Below are positions 49,576-61,100 of a stretch of 64,000 nt of DNA, one piece after another; the first letter of the stretch is position 1; the number at the start of each line of letters is the position of its first letter. The notes under the pieces were generated by a model, which was not told where the DNA came from, made no database searches, and saw nothing but the letters and a program-made list of their open reading frames with translations. Both the position numbers and the translations under genes were made by a program. The DNA is taken from positions 16,182,001 through 16,246,000 of the forward strand of contig CM069140.1 in NCBI GenBank assembly GCA_035221665.1, written 5' to 3'. This stretch comes from Okamejei kenojei (taxonomy: Eukaryota).

Positions 49576-49716
49576 CTTCTTCTTCTTGCAAATGGCGTGC
49601 ACAGCCTAAAGTTGTCGGATAACTTGTTCTATTTGATCTTACTTGATTGTGCACGCCAGGTTGATTGCATTAGTCGATACAGGGCGGACCATGTGAAGGT
49701 TGCAATCTCCCACCAC
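49576..49716 (-). mobile_element. Short ribozyme-headed retroposon, copy 2
   Basis: Homologous to 23837-23972; (GAA)4 tail; flanking ACATT at 49571-49575 and 49717-49721. Confidence 0.88.
49663..49716 (-). ncRNA. Putative minimal HDV-like ribozyme, copy 2
   Basis: GUGGUGG-GA-GAUUGCA-ACC-UUCACAU-GGU-CCGCCCU-GUAUCGA-C-UAA-UGCAAUC. Confidence 0.8.
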
Positions 49717-50449
49717 ACATTTGCATTGATTAGCCACGGCTGGACCACCTTTTCTATTGGTTTGACTCCATGTCCCATTTGTCTGCCCCACCCATTCTTA
49801 CCCATCTGCACCCATAGGATGACGCAACACATGTTCCTATACCTTCTCCCTCACCACCATCCAGGGCATCAAACAGCAGAGATTCACATGCACCCCCTCC
49901 AACCTTGTCTATTGCATTTGGTGCTCGCAACGTGACCTTCTTTACGCTGGAGAGACTAAGTGCAGACGAGGTGAGCGCTATGCAGAGCACTTACACACTG
50001 ACTGCAATGATCATCTTGAACTCGCAGTTTTATTTGCCAGAGGCCAGTGGGGATTACTATGTTGGAGGTACTCCAGCTCACCAACATCTTCTTGAGGCTG
50101 TTAAAGCAAAGCAGTAAATGACAGGGGAGTAGAATAGTAGAGTCTTTAAATTCCTTTGACAATGAATCCCACCTCCCAAAAATCCCAGATAAATAAAATA
50201 AAGAAAGAAAAGAAAAAGTGATCCGGGTATTCAGAGGCTGAGGATATACTTAATGAACTTCCTAAAGTAGCAAACAATCTTAAACAGAACTTCTACCTTA
50301 CTTGTGTGCGGTCCAAATCTAATCTGGGTATGGACAACACTATATGATGACATACCAGCCTAAGGGTATATTGCATGAAGAACAGACACCCTTACATTTA
50401 TCAGCCCATACTTGATGCCTTCTAGGTCTGGTTGCATGTAGACGCGGAT

Positions 50450-52062
50450 TGCTTCATTTTCAGAGGAGTCAACAATGCAATTTCCTCCCAAGCATTTTAT
50501 AATAAAAAGAATCGTAAGGATCAACAAGATTTGGAAAAGGAGATTAAACAATTAGATATACAGATTGCAGCGGATCCAGCTACAATACTACTTAATAAAA
50601 TTGCAGCAATGAAATATAAATTAAATAAAATATATACAGATCAAGTTGTTAAACTTTATCAACATACTAAACAATTACAGTTTGAATTCGGTGATAAACC
50701 TCAAAAATTATTGGCTCGCCAACTAAGGAAAATGGAAGCTGAAATAATAATCCATAGGATTAAATCACATAATGGCGAATTGTTAACACAACCTAAAGAT
50801 ATTAATGAAAGATTTATGCAATATTATAAAAACTTATACACCGCTAAAACAACAGAAAATAAAATAGGAATTGAAGCATTTAAAAAAAAATGTAACCTGA
50901 AAGGGTTGGATTTACAAAATAGAGAGTTACTGAATGCTGATATCTCGATAAAAGAAATCCAAGAATCCATCAGATCATTAAAAAATGGTAAAACCAGATG
51001 GTATTGGCTCGGAATTTTATAAAATATTTTATGATCAGATTGTACCACGTCTGAAATATTATATAAACATATATATACACAGCAAAAACCACCAGAAACA
51101 TTGCTATAACACTTTTACCTAAAATAAACAAAGACTTGGATGAACCAGGGTCATTTAGAGCAATAGCTCTTTTAAATACTGATCAAAAGATATTAACTAA
51201 AATATTAGCACAAAGGTTAAGGTCAGTTGTTAATAAATTAATTCATCCCGATCAAACAGGATTTATACCAAAACGAAACTCTTCATATAATCTGAGACGG
51301 TTATTTAATATTATATACTCGAAAAGAGGTATTAATAAAGATCTAGTAGTTATTTCGTTAGATGCAGAGAAAGCCTTCGATCAAGTGGAATGGCCTTATT
51401 TGTTCTCGGTTATGGAAGCTTTCAAACTGGGAGAAAAGTTTATTACCTGGATCAAATTGTTATATACAAATCCGACAGCTAGAATAACAACAAACCGAAT
51501 GTTATCAACTAAATTCAATCTATCTTGAGGTTGCAGACAAGGTTGCCCTTTATCCCCTTTACTGTTTGCACTGGCAATAGAACCGCTAGCTTAGAGGGTG
51601 AGATTACATCCGGAAATATATGGATACGATACTAGAGACACTAAAAATAAAATCTCTTTATATGCAGATGATGTATTACTTTACATCACAAAACCAGAAA
51701 CTAGTATTCGAAATTTGTTAAAATTAATAACTGAATTTGGATCCTACTCAGGATATATTGTATCAATTGGAATAAAAGTGAACTTATGCCAATAACGGTA
51801 AATAACTTACACATATTACAACAATTCCCTTTTAAGATAACAAATCAAAAAATTTAATATCTTGGAATTTTCGTAACAAAAAGATTTGACTCTTTATTTA
51901 AATCTAACTTCCCACCATTATTGAATAAATTAAATAAGAATATCTTATATTGGAAAACTTTACCTATTTCAATGTTAGATAAAATTAATATAATAAAAAT
52001 GATTTTTCTTCCACAATTATTATATCTTTTCCAATTAATTACGATATATCTCCCTAAAAATT
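50450..52062 (+). mobile_element. L1-clade LINE ORF2 fragment (RT), disrupted
   Basis: FEFGDKPQKLLARQL, FRAIALLNTDQKIL, DQTGFI, SLDAEKAFDQVEW, QGCPLSPLLF, LYADDVLLY, LYLFQ; several frameshifts/stops. Confidence 0.93.
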
Positions 52063-54434
52063 TGCATTTACCGCCACTGCCCCTGGGCCTGGTTCGCATG
52101 AAATATACTTCGGTACCTGGTAATTAAGTCTGGATGCAAACAAATCGATATGGCATCCCATACCGAAGGACAATTTCACCAAATACTTCACGATTCAACA
52201 TCCACTCGGTGTTGTCGTTGAATTTGCGTGACCTGGTGTCTGCCACCATATTGAGTCTGCCTGGCAAGTAGACAGCTGAAATCCAAATATTCTTTTTTAT
52301 GCACCAGTGCCAAATAGTGTTAGCCAATCCATCACATGATTTCGATTTGATTCCACCCATATTATTGACATACGCCACTGCCGTAGTGTTGTCAAGCTGC
52401 AACTGAACATGTAAGTGATGCTTAGTGGTACAATAAGCTTTGAGCCCATAGAACACTCCTAACAGTTCTAAATAAGTTATTCCATGTGATTGGAGAATCA
52501 GTGCCTCATGCTTATCCCATCTGCCTCCACAACTAGATCTGGTATCAGTAGCACCCCAACCTAGGGCACTGACATCAGTCTGTAAAATAAGTGATGGTGC
52601 TTTTGTCAAAATTGTGTGATAACAATTTAATATGTTTAAAATCCACCACTATGTCTCTGCGATGGCTTCAAATGATAAGTGCATGGGCCGGTTGTAATGG
52701 TTTGCATGTATTCTCAGTGCCCGTACCTTTGCTCTCCGTAAATGCTGATAATGCAAAGGTCCATATTGGGCTGCTGGAAAGGCTGCTACCAATTTACCAA
52801 TTAAGCTCGCAACCTGTTTAATTGAAGGTGATTTTCCATTTAAGAGGTTGATACAGCCTTCAATTAAATCTACTCTCTTGCCCTGGGGCAGATTTACAGA
52901 CATGTGATTGGAATCAACTGTGAAACCCAGATAGTCAATTATGTTAACAGGCACCAATTTAGATTTAACTGGGTGGACAATGAAACCTAGCCTCTGCACC
53001 ATGAGCTGAACAGCTGAGACTGATAACTCAGCTTCGTCAAAGGTGTTTCCAATGATTAGAATGTCATCCAAATAGGCCATGATTATATGGCCTTGTGACC
53101 GTAATAACCCAAGTACTGGATTTAGCAATTTAGTAAATAGGCGAGGGGCTGAGGTTAATCCATTAGGTAGAGCTCGCATTTTAAAATGTTGATACTGCAC
53201 AAATGGATTAAGTCCTGTTAAATCCAATATCATTCTACACCCACCATCCTTCTTTGGTCTAGGGAACACATTAGACATGAATTGATGGGTCTGATAGACT
53301 GTTTTCTCAATTACTCCCTTGAGGCATAGTTTTGCTATTTCAGCTTGGATCAACAAATTCTCTTTTTGTGAGAAGATGAGTGCCCGTTTCGGTTTGTGCT
53401 GGGTGGGTGGATGCCGGTTGGGAATAAATTCAATTTTAAACCCTTGAATACTCTGCAGTATAAACACATTTGAGGTTATTTTATACCATTCTCCCAGAAA
53501 CCTGTGTAACCTTCCACCAACTGATACGCAAGGAATATGTTTCGACAAGAGCCAGACCCACCTACCTCCATGGTTACCGGTGCTCTTTGCCTGGTCCTGG
53601 GTTGTAAAGGCATGTTTCCCCTTGCTCCTGTTGGGGAGCGCCCCCATATGGCCCCAAATGGCATGACCTTCAGCTTCACCTTCAGCAATATACATACTTT
53701 CTGGCAGTAGTGTCCATAGCCAGCTCCTGCAGCTGGTGGGAAGCCAGGTAATTTATGCTGGCAGCCAGCTCCTCTCCAAGCAGCTCGCCAGAGTCTGTAG
53801 GGACGGCAAACCTGGCCGCCAGGAATGGGACCTCTGGCGCTTGCACCTCCGGCCCGGTATAATTTCCTCGTCCTGGAGAAAGATACTTGGCAGCCCGGTA
53901 GGCGCTGCTGGTGCGGGCTCTTGGAGAGGCCTGCGCTCTGGATGGAGCATCCTCTCCAACAGGAGCTCCATCTGGATACCCGTTCGGTGGTATCCATTTC
54001 TAGGGTCGAACCCTCTCAGCCGGACTCGTCTGTGTCTATCAGCCGGACAGGCTTTTGGGCAGCCTTACGCCCCTCCGGCGTAGGCACAGTGTTTTCCGAC
54101 ACCAAGTCTGTGGTCGTTGGTTTGACAACCAACGCCTCCGTTGATGAACTGGACGGCCGCCCGCTACCCGCACTCCCGTGGGGTTGAGATATTGTCGGCA
54201 CAGCTCGCCTCGCTGTTCCGGATTTTTTTATGTTTGTACTTGTCCTCCTGCAACAAGAATTACCAAACTCAGAGATCTCGGAGAAGTTAAACACTTACCT
54301 GAGGCTTTTTAAACTTACCGCTGGAGAAGCGCTGCTCCTCCCAGCCGGTCGCTGCGCCATGCGTCAGACGTAATGACGCGCATGCCGACGGGCGGGGTTC
54401 TTCACGTAATCCCTCATGTGACTCTGAAGTAAAA
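52063..54434 (-). mobile_element. DIRS1-like retrotransposon, left part (gag remnant, RT, RNase H, start of methyltransferase); tyrosine recombinase absent
   Basis: PKKDGGCRMILDL, LPNGLTSAPRLFTK, AYLDDILII, QTDVSALGWG, LDNTTAVAYVNNMGG, YLPGRLNMVADTRSR, then IDLFASRLN in another frame. Confidence 0.9.
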
Positions 54435-55479
54435 TTGACTTTCAACAACTACACCAACTTCTTGTGTGTGGGGATTGACACCAACTAATGGGCCATTTTC
54501 TTTGACATGAAATTAATTTGGCAACATCATGCCTAGAGTAGGGGAATCGATGACCAGAGGACATAGGTTCAAGGTGAAGGGGAAAAGATTTAATAGGAAT
54601 CAGAGGGGTAACTTTTTTGCACAATGGGTGGTTGGTGTATGGAACAAGCTGGCAAAGGGGGTACTTGAGGCTGGGACAATCCCAACATTTAAGAAACAGA
54701 CAGCTACACAGATAGGACAGGTTTGGTGGGATATGGACCAAGCGCAGGCAAGTGGGACTAGTGTAGCTCGGACATTGTTGGCTGGTGTGGGCGAGTTTGG
54801 CCAAAGGGCCTGTTTCCACTCGGTATCACTCTACGACTATGACTCTGCCTACTTTATTAATGTCTTTGAGTATCTTGGCACATCTCTCCTCTTCATTGAA
54901 CATTGCCCTAAATGTTGTCTATACTACAGACTTGAACTCATGCTTCAGATTCCTGAAATTAAATTGTTTTTGTAAATACGAAGTAACAGTGGAGGCTATT
55001 TGTGGGACATTGGTTCCTTCTTTAATGGACTGTAATTACCTTAATCCATTATTCTCTGTTTACTGATTTAATGTGATACGTTTTCACTTACCTCCTTTGA
55101 TCTCAGTCGCAAATTTTGTGGTACTTTTTTGAAAACTCCCGTTTTTTAAATACTTCTATCTCTACTCAATACTTTCCTGAAGCAGGAAATAACAATTGTC
55201 TTCACAATTACGTGATGACCTGGATGTCAAGAGGAGCAACAAAGTAGAACAAAGGGAAGAGGCTTGGCAAATAAAGTACTATTCTGATTCTGACTATTCT
55301 GATTCTGAGCAGCTATTTGAAATTGAGATTGTGACAGGGTCCAGGGTAGAGGATGTTTCCTCTTGTGGGAGAATCTAGAACTAGTTTACGATAATTAATT
55401 GTCACCTGCACCAAGATGCAGCAAAAAGCTTTTTTGTTATGTGCTATCCAGTAAGCGGAAAGACTATACATGATTACAA

Positions 55480-55655
55480 GAGCAACACAAAATGCTGGAG
55501 TAACTCAGAGGGACAAGCAACATCTCTGGAGAGAAGAATTGGGTCGAAACACTTCTTCAGACTGGTCCATCTCTACAGAGATGCTGCCTGTCCTGATGAG
55601 CTACTCCAGCATTTTGTGTCTAACTTCGGTTTAAACCAGCATCTGCAGTTCCATC
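55480..55655. mobile_element. Palindromic Penelope-terminus element with 16-bp TSD
   Basis: CTATACATGATTACAA at 55464-55479 and 55656-55671. Confidence 0.8.
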
Positions 55656-56229
55656 CTATACATGATTACAATCAAGCTGTCCGCAGTATACAGATATGGG
55701 GCAATGGGAATAACGTTTAGTGCAAGATAGTCCGGTAAAGTCTGATTAAAGATAGTCCGAGGGTCTCCAATGAGTCAGGTGGTAGGTAGGCCAGGACTGC
55801 TCTCTAGTTTGTGATAGGATGGCTCAGTTGCCTGATAACAACTGAGAAGAAAACTGTCCCTAAATCTGTATGTGTGCGTTTTTACACATGTTCCTCTTGC
55901 CCTGTTGGAGTGGAGAGATGAGGGAGTGTGAGACTTGTCATTGATTAAAAAAAAAAATAATTTTGCATTTAAAACAGAGATGATGAAATACTTTCTGTGA
56001 GAGGTTTGTGCTTCTCAGACCGCACTTCCTCACAGGACAGTAGAAGTAGTTTTTAAATATTTTAAGGCAGAAGATACATAATAAGTATGGGGATGAAAAG
56101 TCACTGAAGATGAATGGGAATGCAAAGTTGAGGTTGCGATTAGGTTGGCTATGATATTATTGAATGCCAGAACAGGTTTAAGGAGCGAATGATCCTGGTG
56201 CTAATTCACATATTTTGTACAATAGCTGA

Positions 56230-56600
56230 CCTGGCAAACGAACAGTCCTGTCTACGCTTTGTCTCGCCAATGTACAGGAGCCCATATTGGGAACATCTGA
56301 TGCAGTAGATGAGATTAGAGGAGATGCATGTGAAACTCTGTCTCATCTGGAAGGACTGGCGAGGTATCTAAATGGAGTCGAGGGAGGATGTATAAGGACA
56401 GGTGGTACATTTCCTGCCATTGCTGGAGAAAGTACCTGGGGAGGGGGGGATTTTACTGGGAAGGGATGAGTGAACCAAGGAGTTGTGGAGGGAGCAGTCT
56501 CTGCAAAAGGCAGAAAGGGGTGGAGACGGGAACATGTGAGTTGTGGTGGGATCACACTGGAGGTGATGGAAATGTCGGAGGATGATGTGAGGCTGCTGGG
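56230..56600 (-). mobile_element. Penelope-like fragment (RT-endonuclease linker / GIY-YIG start)
   Basis: LRHFHHLQCDPTT..FPSPPLSAF..DxSL..SLVHS, CTTCP, LYIGETKR on the minus strand. Confidence 0.75.
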
Positions 56601-57446
56601 GTGAGAGGTGAGGGAAATATAAATAACCCATTAACCTATTCAGCACAGGACAGGTATGGAGATCCTTCATATGTCACAGATGAGAACATGTCCTTAATAT
56701 AATGACCCTTTTGGCTTTCGACATATCACCACAATTCCTATCCTGGATTTACCTTGCTTTCCACCTTTTTAGTCTGTTGTGCTTCCTGGATAATGACAGA
56801 TACAGCGATAAACCAAACATTTTTACGGAGCCACAAAATTGACTGAAAATTCCATTGATCCATTTGAATTATATTTACTCAGATTTTACATTTGTTACTT
56901 ACATTGTCCAACACTGCACCCTCATGCTCTGCTGCTCAGTAAGCAAATGATTCTTAACAATGTGGACTACTCTGTGTATTACAAGTAGGCCCTATTCTGT
57001 GTCAATGCAGAAATAGCAATCCCCCATGAATAATGGAAAGTGTGTACAAAATGACAGGCATTAGATCATAAAATTAGTCTTTTCAAATCCAAACAGTTTC
57101 TGCTAATGGCACCTGTTTGTGACACCTGTGCAGATGCTGGTTTAAACTGAATAGACATAGACAATAGGTGCAGGAGTAGGCCATTCGGCCCTTCGAGCCA
57201 GCACCACCATTCAACTTGATCATGGCTGTCCCGCTGTCAGCTAGATAGACAGAAAATGCTGGAGTAACTCAGCGAGACAGGCAGCATCTCTGGAGGGAAG
57301 GAATGGGAGACGTCTGAAGAAGGGCCTCGATCCAAAACATTAACCATTCCATCTCTCCAGAGATGCTGCCTGTCCCGCTCTGCTATTGCCACATGTTGGC
57401 TGCATTCATATTGAATCCCTTCCAATTCTCGTTTGCAAAATTGGAA

Positions 57447-57802
57447 AAGTTGATAAAGAATTAATTTTAATGTGCAAGTAATCCTATTGGGAATCAGTGT
57501 GATTTTTCTACATTAACCATCAGCACTGCTATGTGTTTCCTGTGCAAAAAAGAATTAATCTTTGCGAGTTTGTTGTGTCTGCAGAAGTCAGCTTGAAACT
57601 AAAACTAGCATTTCAAAAGATAATATCTCACCCATAATGGTGGGTGTATGTAACAAGCTGCCAGAGGAGATAGCTGAGGCTGGGACTTTCCCAATGTTTA
57701 AGAGACAGTTAGATAGGTACATGGATAGGTCCGGTTGGACCAAGCACAGGCAGGTGGGACTAGTGTAGCTGGGACATGTCGGCCGGTGTGGGCAAGTTGG
57801 GC
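57447..57802 (+). repeat. Left copy of a ~355-bp inverted duplication (partner 63393-63747)
   Basis: Near-identical reverse complement including non-repeat flank; near-identical 68-aa ORFs on opposite strands. Confidence 0.92.
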
Positions 57803-57822
57803 CAAAGGGCCTGTTTCCACAC

Positions 57823-58009
57823 TGTAGATGGTTTATATGCAACCAATAATATAGTTACCTCACTCCCATTAACCCCGCCCAGTTAACATCAATCATAACG
57901 CCTTCCCCTCAGTAGGAAAATGTAGCCGGTGCTTGAAGGTGTATGTAATACCCAGTGCTATCATTAAAAGATGTTGCACACTTAAGAGCTTGTAAAGTTT
58001 TCATTTACA
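57823..58009 (+). repeat. 5' LTR
   Basis: TGTAGATGG...TCATTTACA, identical to 62318-62504. Confidence 0.97.
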
Positions 58010-58104
58010 TGGTGTCAAAGCTGGAAGATACTTGCGTCTCCTGTTTATCGGTTTTTATTTCTTTTTTTTGATTTGTGTTTTTTGCGCTTTTGATCTCTTT
58101 GGCC

Positions 58105-61100
58105 ATGGCGTCCTCTTGCAGAAAGCCCGAGCAGCTTGTCTTTGATGCTGACATCTCTGAGCGCTGGGCCACGTTTGAATTTGATTTCACACACTTTGTC
58201 AACGTCGCACACCGCGCTGATCCTGACTCCCTTAAAGCTTCCCTCCTACTCAACCTTGTCGGACCTGATGCCATGAAGAGAGCCAGAACTTTCACCTACG
58301 CTCCAGCGGTCCTGGGCGTCGATGATGAGGTGATTACTCCTGCAGAGTCTGCTGACGACCCCGCTTGCCTGCTACGTAAGTTCAGGGAGATTTGTGACCT
58401 GCCCTCGAACCGCATTCTAGAGAGGGCACGGTTCTTTACGAGGAGACAGTTGCCTGATGAACCTGTTGAATGTTTTATTGCTGATTTGCGTCATCTCGCC
58501 CAGCGGTGCCGTTTTGGCGACATGACAGACCAGCTCACTAGAGACATTTTAGTAACTGGCATGCGTGACCAGAAGCTGCGATGTGAGCTTTTGAGGAATC
58601 CTGATCTAACGTTGGACAAAGCTATGCATGCCTGCAGATTGTCTGAGGTCGTTGTTTTGCAAGAGGACCACCGGGACTCGGGCAATAAATCTGTCAACCT
58701 GGCAGGATTTAGGAGCCCACAGCCTCGGGTGGGAAACAATGTTTTTCTGCCGCGTGCCCGCCCTGGACCTGGCGATGTGCCCCGAAAAAGGTGCCCGAAC
58801 TGTAACTACATGCACCATAGACTGTCGACGTGTCCCGCCTTTGGTAAAACCTGTAACTTTTGTAAAAAGCTGAACCATTTCTCAGCCTCCTGTCGCTTAC
58901 TCCGTTCCCGTGGGAGCCAGGCACAAGCTTCCAGTCCCAGTCTAAACATGCTGGCGCAATCTGATCTCTGTTTCGACTCACAGCCCAATTTAGTTGAATG
59001 CAATGGTGCAGAGCCAATTAATTCTGCCGAGGACTCTCATGTGTTTACCCTCCTACAGACACCCGCCCACCGCAATGATCCCTCCGTACCTGTGACTGTC
59101 AATGGCATAACCTTCTCTGCCAAATTAGATACTGGCGCGAAAGTCAATGTTTTGTCCATGAATCTTTTCAACAAGATAAGGAATAATGAGCCTCTGGTTG
59201 TTGACGATGCTACCCTGCACGCCTATGGTGGAGAGATTCTAAGGCCTGCGGGGAGGGCCACTTTAACTTGCGTGCTGCAAAAGGCCACAAGAAACCTGGT
59301 TTTCTATGTTTTGAACTCTGACTGTGTAACCCTGTTGGGCAACCGTGCGTGCCAGGATCTTGGCCTGGTCTCCTTTGACCGCACGGTCCACAAAGTGCAA
59401 CTGTCGTTTGACCCGGTTGCTGAATACCAGGACCTGTTCGACGATGACCTGGGGAAGTTACCAGTGTCATACCATATTTCCATTGACCCAAATATACAAC
59501 CCGTGGTCCGCGCACCTCACAGGGTGTCTCACGCCATGAAGGACAAGGTCGAGGCGACGCTCAACGAGATGGTCGAAAAGGGGGTGCTAGTAGCAGTTAG
59601 CGAGCCCACCGATTGGGTCTCCACCATGGTTGCCACGATTAAGAAAGACAAGAACGAGATACGCGTGTGTATCAACCCGAAGGACTTAAACCTTGCCATC
59701 AGGCGACCACATTACCCCATGCGGTCTGTTGAGGATGTGGCGGCAAAGGTCGGGCAAGCCACCATCTTTTCGGTCCTAGACGCTAAGAACTCGTTTTGGC
59801 AGATCCCGTTGGACAAAGCGTCTTCTGACCTGACGACCTTCGCCACACCGTTCGGCAGATTCAAGTTCCTGCGAATGCCATTCGGCATCAATTCTGCTAG
59901 CGAGGTGTTCCAGCGGACGATGGAGCAATTATTCGCGGACCTGCCATGTGCCATCATCGTGGATGATATCCTGGTTTATGGGAAGGACATTGCCGAGCAC
60001 GACCTGAACCTCCGCCGCGTCCTGGATTGCGCGCGACGGTCGCACCTGAAGCTGAATCCCAAGAAGTGCCGGTTTCGTGTCTCAGAGGTCACGTATGTTG
60101 GACATGTTTTCACCCCTAACGGACTAAAGCCCGACCCCTTGAAGGCAGCTGCCATCTCCAAAATGGCAGCCCCCACCGACGTGCCAGGTCTGCAACGATT
60201 CTTGGGCATGGTGAACTACCTTGGCAAGTTTATACCAAACCTCAGTGAGCTGAGTGCTCCCCTGCGGCAGCTGACAAAAAAGGATATCGCCTGGGCCTGG
60301 CTCCCATATCACCAGCAGGCCTTTGACCGCCTCAAGTCGAAACTGATTAGCACTCCGACGTTGCGGTTCTTCGACGTGGGTCGCCCCATCACCGTCACCT
60401 GTGACGCTTCCAAGTTCGGCCTGGGTGCGTCCTGCCTTCAGTCTGTCGATGGATCGCTGCATCCTGTCTCCTATGCCTCCCGCACCATGACGGACACCGA
60501 GCAGCGGTACGCTCAGATCGAGAAGGAGCTGCTCGCGGTGGTGTTCGCCTGCTCCAAGTTCAGAGACTTCCTGTTCGGCAGCAGATTTACGGTCGAAACC
60601 GACCACCAGCCACTGGTGACAATCCTGAACAAGCCGATTCACGCTGCCCCTGCCAGGCTGCAGCGTATGATGCTGCAGCTCCAGCGTTTCGACTTTGACA
60701 TAATCTACAAGAAGGGCACCGAGATGCACATTGCGGACACCCTGTCGCGAGCCCCGCGTACCTCTTGCGCTCGCCACCCCTACGAAACAGAGGACTTGCT
60801 CGTACTGGGCGTTAACTTTATTCCCACCAAGCAGCTACAGGTTTTGGCCGAGCACACCGCTGCCGATCCGGTTTTACAGCAGCTTGCCTCGGTGATTAAA
60901 GCAGGGTGGCCAACAAAGCGCTCCGCCGCGCCATCTGAAACACAGCCTTTCTTCCTGGTCCGCGACGAACTGGTGCTCCAGGATGGCGTTATCGTCAAGG
61001 GACATAAAGTTGTGGTCCCGTCCTCCCTGTTTGACTTTTACTTTTGTGCAGCCCACAGCGGACACCCTGGGGTCGATGCAACACTCGCCCACGCTCAGTG

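Noticed and set aside
50160-50450. Possible inverted L1 3' remnant next to the L1 fragment
   Set aside because: Only weak motif hints; could not be supported
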